Source: an uncultured Candidatus Rokubacteria bacterium (GTDB lineage: Bacteria; Methylomirabilota; Methylomirabilia; Rokubacteriales; CSP1-6). Taken from it: DNA of 64,000 nt. The notes below the pieces were generated by a model. It made no database searches. It saw only the letters and a list, made by a program, of their open reading frames with translations, and was not told where the DNA came from. Within the stretch, counting starts at the first letter, position 1; every line of letters starts with the position of its first letter. Position numbers and translations under genes: made by a program. The stretch lies in contig CAVYTA010000005.1 in assembly GCA_963771355.1 (NCBI GenBank), positions 224,001 through 288,000 on the forward strand, in the 5' to 3' direction. This document shows, piece by piece, positions 50,601 to 64,000 of the stretch.

Positions 50601-50617
<17 letters not shown>
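49568..50617 (-). CDS. response regulator: receiver domain plus class III nucleotide cyclase domain
   Basis: VVDD..LLDIEMP..DG..KP, then MFSDIRAFT, GDGLMA, GETVNLAAHLE. Confidence 0.9.
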
Positions 50618-58485
<7,868 letters not shown>

Positions 58486-58544
58486 GGGTGCCGCGACTGC
58501 GCGGCATTGGTCGCTAGGCTAGGCGAAAGCCCCCGCGCGGGCAA

Positions 58545-58582
58545 GTGAATCCTCCGCGACTAGGTGAATCCTCCGCGACTAG
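58545..58582. repeat. 19-bp tandem duplication (GTGAATCCTCCGCGACTAG x2)
   Basis: Two exact adjacent copies; the second overlaps the stop codon of the YbaK-like gene. Confidence 0.9.
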
Positions 58583-59073
58583 CCCGTCGGCGCCGCCTGG
58601 GCGAGGCCCGGCACGACCTGGACCCCGGCCAGTCGCAAGAGCGCCTGGGGCGAGATCTTCACCTTGGCCGAGCGGCTGCCCGCGCCGAGAATCATCCAAT
58701 CCAGCGCCATGATGCGGTCGTCCACGTAGACGGGCAGGTCGGGGGGCAGGGCGAGCACGGTGACGCCGCCGATCTGCATGCCGGTCAGCGCCATGGTCTC
58801 GTCCGCCGAGGCGAAGGAGACCCGGGAGGCGCCCATGAGGCGCTTCACCGCGTGGTTGACGTCCAGACGGGTATTGGCGAGGACGAGGCAAGCGGCGTAC
58901 TGCTTCGGCTCCTTCTTCGAAGCCACGATGATGGTATTCCCGCTGACGTCGAGGCCGTAGCCGTACTTCTCGCAGAAGGCGGCGGTGTCGGCGAAGGCGG
59001 GGTCGATCTCCACGATTTCGTACGGGACGCCGAGCCCGTCGAGGACCCGGCGTACCTGCGCGTCGTCGCTCAC
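58579..59073 (-). CDS. YbaK/EbsC-family (aminoacyl-tRNA editing-like) protein
   Basis: DTAAFCE.YG, TGMQIGGVT, GAGSRSAK. Confidence 0.82.
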   Translation of the reverse strand: MSDDAQVRRVLDGLGVPYEIVEIDPAFADTAAFCEKYGYGLDVSGNTIIVASKKEPKQYAACLVLANTRLDVNHAVKRLMGASRVSFASADETMALTGMQIGGVTVLALPPDLPVYVDDRIMALDWMILGAGSRSAKVKISPQALLRLAGVQVVPGLAQAAPTG

Positions 59074-61355
59074 TTCTTCGGCGCCGCGCGGAGGGCGGCC
59101 CACACCTTCTGCGGCGTCAGCGGGATCTCCACGTGCTCGATGCCGAGCGGGCGCAGCGCGTCCACCACCGCGTTGGCGATGGCCGGCGTGGAGCCGATGG
59201 TGGCGGCTTCCCCGATGCCCTTCACGCCCAGCGTCGTCCGCGGCGAGTCGGTGCGGGTGTGATCGTTCACGAAGGAGGGGAGGTCGTCGCCCTTGGGCAG
59301 CGTGTAGTCCATCAGGGTCGAGGAGAGGAGCTGGCCGTTCTCGTCGAAGGCCGCCTCCTCCCAGAGCGCCTGGCCGATGCCCTGGGCGAGGCCGCCGTGC
59401 ACCTGGCCCTGGACCAGCAGCGGGTTCACGAGGAAGCCGGCGTCGTCGATGGAGAAGTACTTGAGGATCTTCGGCTTGCCGCTGTCGCGGTCCAGCTCGA
59501 CCATGGCCACGTGCGCCCCGAAGGGGAAGAGCGTGCCATTGCCCTTGATGTCGCCGCAGGAGGTCAGCGCGCCCTTGGCCGCGGCGGCCACCTGCGACCA
59601 GGTCACCGAGCGGTTCGGCACGCCGCGCACGGAGAACTTGCCGTCGGCGTGGACGATGTCGGCCACCGCCGCCTCGAGGAGACCGGCCGCCACCTGCATC
59701 GCTTGCTCGCGCACCTTCACCGCGTTGCCCAGCGCGTGCATGCCGCCCTTGGCGATGGACCGGCTGCCGAAGGTGCCCACCCCGCTCCGGACCTTCACGG
59801 TGTCGCCCTGGATCACGGTGACGTCCGCGATGGGCACCTGCAGCTCGTCGGCCACGAGCTGGGCGAAGGCCGTCTCGTGCCCCTGGCCGTGCGAGGCCGC
59901 CCCCGTCATCACCGACACCTTGCCGTCGTCGGCCACCACCACATCGGAGGTCTCGTCGTCCTCGAAGCCGCAGATCTCGACATAGGACGCCAACCCGATG
60001 CCCACCAGGCGCCCCTGCGCGCGCGCCTGCTGCTGCTCCCGCCGCAGCTCGGCATAGCCCGCCTTGGTCAACGCGTGATCCAGGGCGCGGGCGTACTCGC
60101 CGGAGTCGTAGTTGTTGCCCATCACGGTCTGGTAGGGGAAGCGGTCGGGCGGGATGAAGTTCCGCTTCCGGACGTCCGCGGGATCCATGCCCAGCTTGGC
60201 GGCAAGGCTGTCCATGGCGCGCTCGATGAAATAGGCGGCCTCGGGCCGGCCGGCGCCGCGATAGGGCACGGTGCCCATCGTGTTCGTGAAGGCCACCTGG
60301 ATGTCCACCCGCGCAGTCTGGATGTCGTAGCAGCCGGTGATCATCTGCCCGCAGAGCACGGGCAGGAGGCACCCGACGTGATAGAGGCAGAAGCCCGCGT
60401 TGCCCACGATCTTGGCGTCGAGGGCCAGGATGCGGCCCGTCTTGTCGGCGGCCAGCCGGAGATGAATGCGCACGTCGCGCCCATGCCCGGTCACCTGGAG
60501 ATCCTCGCTCCGCGTCGCTGCCCACTTCACCGGGCGCTTGAGCCGGCGTGCCAGCAGCGGAACGATGGTGTCCTCCTGATAGACGGGCACCTTGGCGCCG
60601 AAGCCGCCGCCGACGCGGCCGGTCATGAGGTGGATCTGGTCGGGCTGGAGCTTGAGCCGCTCGGCGATCTGGTTCCGCATGGTGTGCGGGATCTGGGTGT
60701 CGCCGTACATGACCATCCGCTGCGCCTTCTCGTCCCAGGCCGCGCTGCAGGCGCGCGGCTCCATGCAGACCGGCAGCACGCGCTGGTTGAACATGTGCAT
60801 GTCCACCACCACGTCCGCCTTCTTGAACGCCGCGTCCACCTCGCCGGACTCGGCCTTGAGGCTCACGCCGAGATTGGTCTTGGTGTCAGGATAGAGGAGC
60901 GGCGCGCCGGGCTTCAGCGCTTCCGCCGCGTCCACCACCACCGGCAGCGGCTCGTAGTCCACCATCACCGCGTCGGCGCCGTCCACCGCGGCGGCGGGGC
61001 TCTCCGCCGCCACCACCACCACGGGCTCGCCCACATGGCGCACCCGGCCCTCGGCGAGCAGCGTGTGCCCCTGGCGATTCATCGAGGCGAACATCTCGGG
61101 CGGCAGCGGCGTGTGGATGACGCCCACTTCCGCGTTGAGATCGGCGCCGGTGAGGACGGCCACCACCCCCGGCACCGCCCGGGCGGCCTTGGTATCGATG
61201 CTCTTGAGCACGGCATGGGCGTGCGGGCTCCGGACAAAGGCCAGGTACACCGCCCCCGCGAGCTTGAAGTCGTTGACGTAGGGATCGCTGCCGGTGATGA
61301 GCTTGGGGTCTTCGACGCGCTTGATCGGGCGCCCGACGTATTGCTGGACAGGCAT
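59070..61355 (-). CDS. xanthine dehydrogenase family molybdopterin-binding large subunit (CoxL-like)
   Basis: RSPHAHA, VGGGFGAK, YRGAGRPE, GQGHET, QVHGG..QG, KGIGE. Confidence 0.92.
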   Translation of the reverse strand: MPVQQYVGRPIKRVEDPKLITGSDPYVNDFKLAGAVYLAFVRSPHAHAVLKSIDTKAARAVPGVVAVLTGADLNAEVGVIHTPLPPEMFASMNRQGHTLLAEGRVRHVGEPVVVVAAESPAAAVDGADAVMVDYEPLPVVVDAAEALKPGAPLLYPDTKTNLGVSLKAESGEVDAAFKKADVVVDMHMFNQRVLPVCMEPRACSAAWDEKAQRMVMYGDTQIPHTMRNQIAERLKLQPDQIHLMTGRVGGGFGAKVPVYQEDTIVPLLARRLKRPVKWAATRSEDLQVTGHGRDVRIHLRLAADKTGRILALDAKIVGNAGFCLYHVGCLLPVLCGQMITGCYDIQTARVDIQVAFTNTMGTVPYRGAGRPEAAYFIERAMDSLAAKLGMDPADVRKRNFIPPDRFPYQTVMGNNYDSGEYARALDHALTKAGYAELRREQQQARAQGRLVGIGLASYVEICGFEDDETSDVVVADDGKVSVMTGAASHGQGHETAFAQLVADELQVPIADVTVIQGDTVKVRSGVGTFGSRSIAKGGMHALGNAVKVREQAMQVAAGLLEAAVADIVHADGKFSVRGVPNRSVTWSQVAAAAKGALTSCGDIKGNGTLFPFGAHVAMVELDRDSGKPKILKYFSIDDAGFLVNPLLVQGQVHGGLAQGIGQALWEEAAFDENGQLLSSTLMDYTLPKGDDLPSFVNDHTRTDSPRTTLGVKGIGEAATIGSTPAIANAVVDALRPLGIEHVEIPLTPQKVWAALRAAPKK

Positions 61356-61468
61356 ACCGTGGCCTCCCTTGCGAGTGAGCGGGCTGGACGGCCCCGAGGG
61401 GCCGGCGACCGTCGAATGGTAACACAGCGAGTTTGACGGAACCGAGGCGAGGTGACATCCTGTAGCGC

Positions 61469-62695
61469 GTGCTCGATTCCGCCGAAGCTTCGCTCCGACG
61501 CGACGTCCGCGTCATCGGTCTCGTCGGCTCCGCTCACTTCTTCAGTCACTTCTTCCAGCTCGTGCTGCCGCCGCTCTTCCCCATTCTCAAGGACGAGCTG
61601 GGCGTGCCTTACGTCGCGCTGGGCCTGGTGATGGGCGTCTTCTTCGCGGCGTCGGGGATCGGCCAGACGGTGTCCGGCTTCCTGGTGGACCGCTGGGGCG
61701 CCGCCCGCGTGCTGCTGGCGGGGATGGCGCTGCTCGCGGGCGCCATGGCCGCCATCGGCCTCACGCATTCGTACGGGGCGCTGCTCGGGGTGGCCATCCT
61801 CGCCGGGCTCGGCAATAGCGTCTTCCATCCCGCGGACTACTCGATCTTCAACGCGTCGGTGAACGCGCGCCGGCTCGGCCGCGCCTATAGCGTGCACGGG
61901 ATCTGCGGCAATCTCGGCTGGACGGCGGCGCCCGCGGTGGTGGTCGGTCTCACCGGGCTGTACGGCTGGCGCGCCGCGCTCACGATCGTGGGCACAGTGG
62001 GGCTGGGCGCGGTCGCGCTCCTCGCCACCCAGGCGCATCTCCTCGCCGACGGCGGAGGTCGAGCCGCGGCGCCCGCCATGGGCCGACCCCGGAACCTGGC
62101 CGACGATCTCCGTCTCCTCACCGCCGCGCCCATCCTGGCCGCCTTCGGCTACTTCACGCTGCTGGCGATCTCGCTCATCGGCATGCAGACCTTCTCGGTG
62201 GCCGCGCTCATGGCCATCTACCACGTGCCGCTCGGACTGGCCACCGGCGCGCTCACCGCGATGTTCCTCGGCTCCGCGCTGGGCGTGCTCGCGGGCGGCG
62301 TGCTCGCCGACCGCACCTCGCGCCACCACGTGGTGGCGGCGAGCGGCATGACCGCGGGCGCCGTGCTGGCCCTGGTGCTCGCGAGCGCGGCGCCCCCGGC
62401 GGCGCTCCTGCCGGTGGTGATGGCGCTGGCGGGCTTCTTCCTGGGCTCCACCTCGCCGTCGCGCGACATGCTGGTGCGCGCGGCGACGCCGCCCGGCGCC
62501 TCCGGCAAGGTGTATGGCTTCGTCTACTCCGGGCTGGACCTCGGCTCGGCGCTCACGCCGCTGGCCTTCGGCTGGCTGCTCGACCACGGCGAGCCGCGCG
62601 CCGTCTTCGTGGTGGCGGCGGTCTTCATGCTCCTCACCATCGCCACCGTGGTCCAGGTGCGCCGTCATGGCGTTCCCGCCGTCGCCCGCGCCTGA
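61469..62695 (+). CDS. MFS transporter (fosmidomycin-resistance-like)
   Basis: HFFSHF, G.LVDRWG, GNSVFHP. Confidence 0.88.
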   Translation: MLDSAEASLRRDVRVIGLVGSAHFFSHFFQLVLPPLFPILKDELGVPYVALGLVMGVFFAASGIGQTVSGFLVDRWGAARVLLAGMALLAGAMAAIGLTHSYGALLGVAILAGLGNSVFHPADYSIFNASVNARRLGRAYSVHGICGNLGWTAAPAVVVGLTGLYGWRAALTIVGTVGLGAVALLATQAHLLADGGGRAAAPAMGRPRNLADDLRLLTAAPILAAFGYFTLLAISLIGMQTFSVAALMAIYHVPLGLATGALTAMFLGSALGVLAGGVLADRTSRHHVVAASGMTAGAVLALVLASAAPPAALLPVVMALAGFFLGSTSPSRDMLVRAATPPGASGKVYGFVYSGLDLGSALTPLAFGWLLDHGEPRAVFVVAAVFMLLTIATVVQVRRHGVPAVARA

Positions 62696-63029
62696 GGGAG
62701 CGGCCCCGGGCGGTCCCACGCCGGGCGGCAGCACGCCGGACGGTAAGGTCGCCCACTGCGATCTCTGCCGGGCCAAGAAGATCACGCCCTGGTATCACGA
62801 GGACGAGATCTGCTGGATCGCGGAGTGCGACATCTGCGAGACCCCGATGGTGGTCTGGCGCCGGCACGGGGTCACGCCGCCCGCCGAGGACCTCGCCCAC
62901 ATGCTGACGTGCCTCAAGAAGGTGGCCGCGGAGCGCGTGGGCGAGTACTGGGTGGACGACCACATGCGGAATATCCCCGACCACTTCCACGCGCACGCGC
63001 GCCCCCGCGGCGGCTTCTTCGGTCGCTAG
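62667..63029 (+). CDS. small Cys/His-rich HIT-like protein; start uncertain
   Basis: CDLC, CWIAECDIC, IPDHFHAHAR. Confidence 0.7.
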   Translation: MAFPPSPAPEGAAPGGPTPGGSTPDGKVAHCDLCRAKKITPWYHEDEICWIAECDICETPMVVWRRHGVTPPAEDLAHMLTCLKKVAAERVGEYWVDDHMRNIPDHFHAHARPRGGFFGR

Positions 63030-63042
63030 CGCTTCCGCTCCC

Positions 63043-64000
63043 GTGCGGCTTCCCTTCTTCTACGGCTGGGTGGTGGTGGCCTCCGCGTTCGTCACCATGG
63101 CCATCGGGGTCAACGCGCGGACCGCCTTCTCGCTCTTGTTTCCGCCCATCCTCGACGAGTTCGGCTGGGAGCGCGGGCTCACCGCGGGCGCCTTCGCGGT
63201 GGGGTTCGTGGTCTCGACGCCGTTCTCACCCTGGCTCGGCTGGCTGATGGACCGCCGCGGGGTGCGGGCGCTGATGCTGCTCGGCGTGCTCATGATGGGG
63301 AGTGGGCTCGCGCTGGCCACCCTGATCACGCGCCCGTGGCATCTCTACCTCACCCTGGGCTTTCTCGTCTCGGGCGGCAGCCTCTGCCTGGGCTATACCG
63401 GGCACGCGCTGTTCCTGCCCCACTGGTTCGCGCGCCGTCGCGGGCTGGCCATGGGCATCGCGTTCTCCGGCGTGGGGGTGGGCTCCATCGTGCTGCTGCC
63501 GTGGGCGCAGCACCTCATCACCACGCGGGGCTGGCGGACGGCCTGCGTCGGGCTCGCGGTGGTCATGTTCGCCGTGCTGATCCCCCTCAATGCCATCTTC
63601 CCGCGCCGCCGTCCCGGAGGACATCGGGCTCTTGCCCGACGGCGCCCGAGCGCAACCGGCCGGCACTCCCGCGGTCGCGCCCGTCAATATCGTGGATCCC
63701 GTCTGGGCCGCCACCGAGTGGACCCTGGCTCGCGCCACACGGACCGCGCGCTTCTGGTGGGTGTTCATCGGCTTCTTCACGGGGCTCTTCGCCTGGTACG
63801 CGATCCAGGTCCACCAGACGCGCTATCTGATCGACATCGGGTTCCGCCCCGAGCCGGCCGCGTATGCGCTGGGCATGGTCGCCCTCGCCGGGGTGGTGGG
63901 GCAGATCGCGATGGGGCATCTCTCGGACCGCTTCGGCCGCGAGCCGATCTGGACCCTCGGCTGCGCGGGTTTCGTGGCGTGCTTCCTGCTCCTCCTCGCC
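63043..64000 (+). CDS. MFS transporter, frameshifted near 63600, runs off the window
   Basis: Manual translation: PFFYGWVVV, EFGWERG, G.LMDRRG, WFARRRGLAMGIAFSG, G.LSDRFGR. Confidence 0.85.
   Translation, partial: MRLPFFYGWVVVASAFVTMAIGVNARTAFSLLFPPILDEFGWERGLTAGAFAVGFVVSTPFSPWLGWLMDRRGVRALMLLGVLMMGSGLALATLITRPWHLYLTLGFLVSGGSLCLGYTGHALFLPHWFARRRGLAMGIAFSGVGVGSIVLLPWAQHLITTRGWRTACVGLAVVMFAVLIPLNAIFPRRRPGGHRALARRRPSATGRHSRGRARQYRGSRLGRHRVDPGSRHTDRALLVGVHRLLHGALRLVRDPGPPDALSDRHRVPPRAGRVCAGHGRPRRGGGADRDGASLGPLRPRADLDPRLRGFRGVLPAPPR

Overview
High-GC bacterial chromosomal window. The gene repertoire (PF04392-type solute-binding protein, multi-GAF kinase, many LIV/peptide ABC and CoA-transferase genes) suggests Ca. 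Rokubacteria/Methylomirabilota; this is an inference, not a tested assignment. Scattered single-base frameshifts in otherwise intact genes look like long-read assembly errors. Most of the window is ordinary metabolism, transport and housekeeping (msrA, mtgA, ferrochelatase, glnS, threonine aldolase, phoD, a type IV pilin, ABC and MFS transporters). Stand-outs: (1) a ~3.6 kb lower-GC insert bounded by a perfect 26-bp direct repeat, carrying CsbD-like genes, two lipoproteins and an integrase-less attP-like site (3' half of tRNA-fMet flanked on both sides by arm-type repeats); (2) a selenocysteine peroxiredoxin (in-frame TGA plus SECIS hairpin) that the ORF track truncates; (3) two inverted copies of an unexplained ~150-nt structured element with co-varying 28-29-bp closing stems and a conserved 89-nt core; (4) a ~2,600-aa hybrid kinase with ten tandem GAF modules, coupled to a REC-cyclase with a non-canonical active site; (5) a 116-nt nested hairpin element that supplies a gene's stop codon; (6) many apparently leaderless promoters and three sigma-54-type promoters. 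No rRNA, complete tRNA, CRISPR array or intact transposase/integrase was seen.
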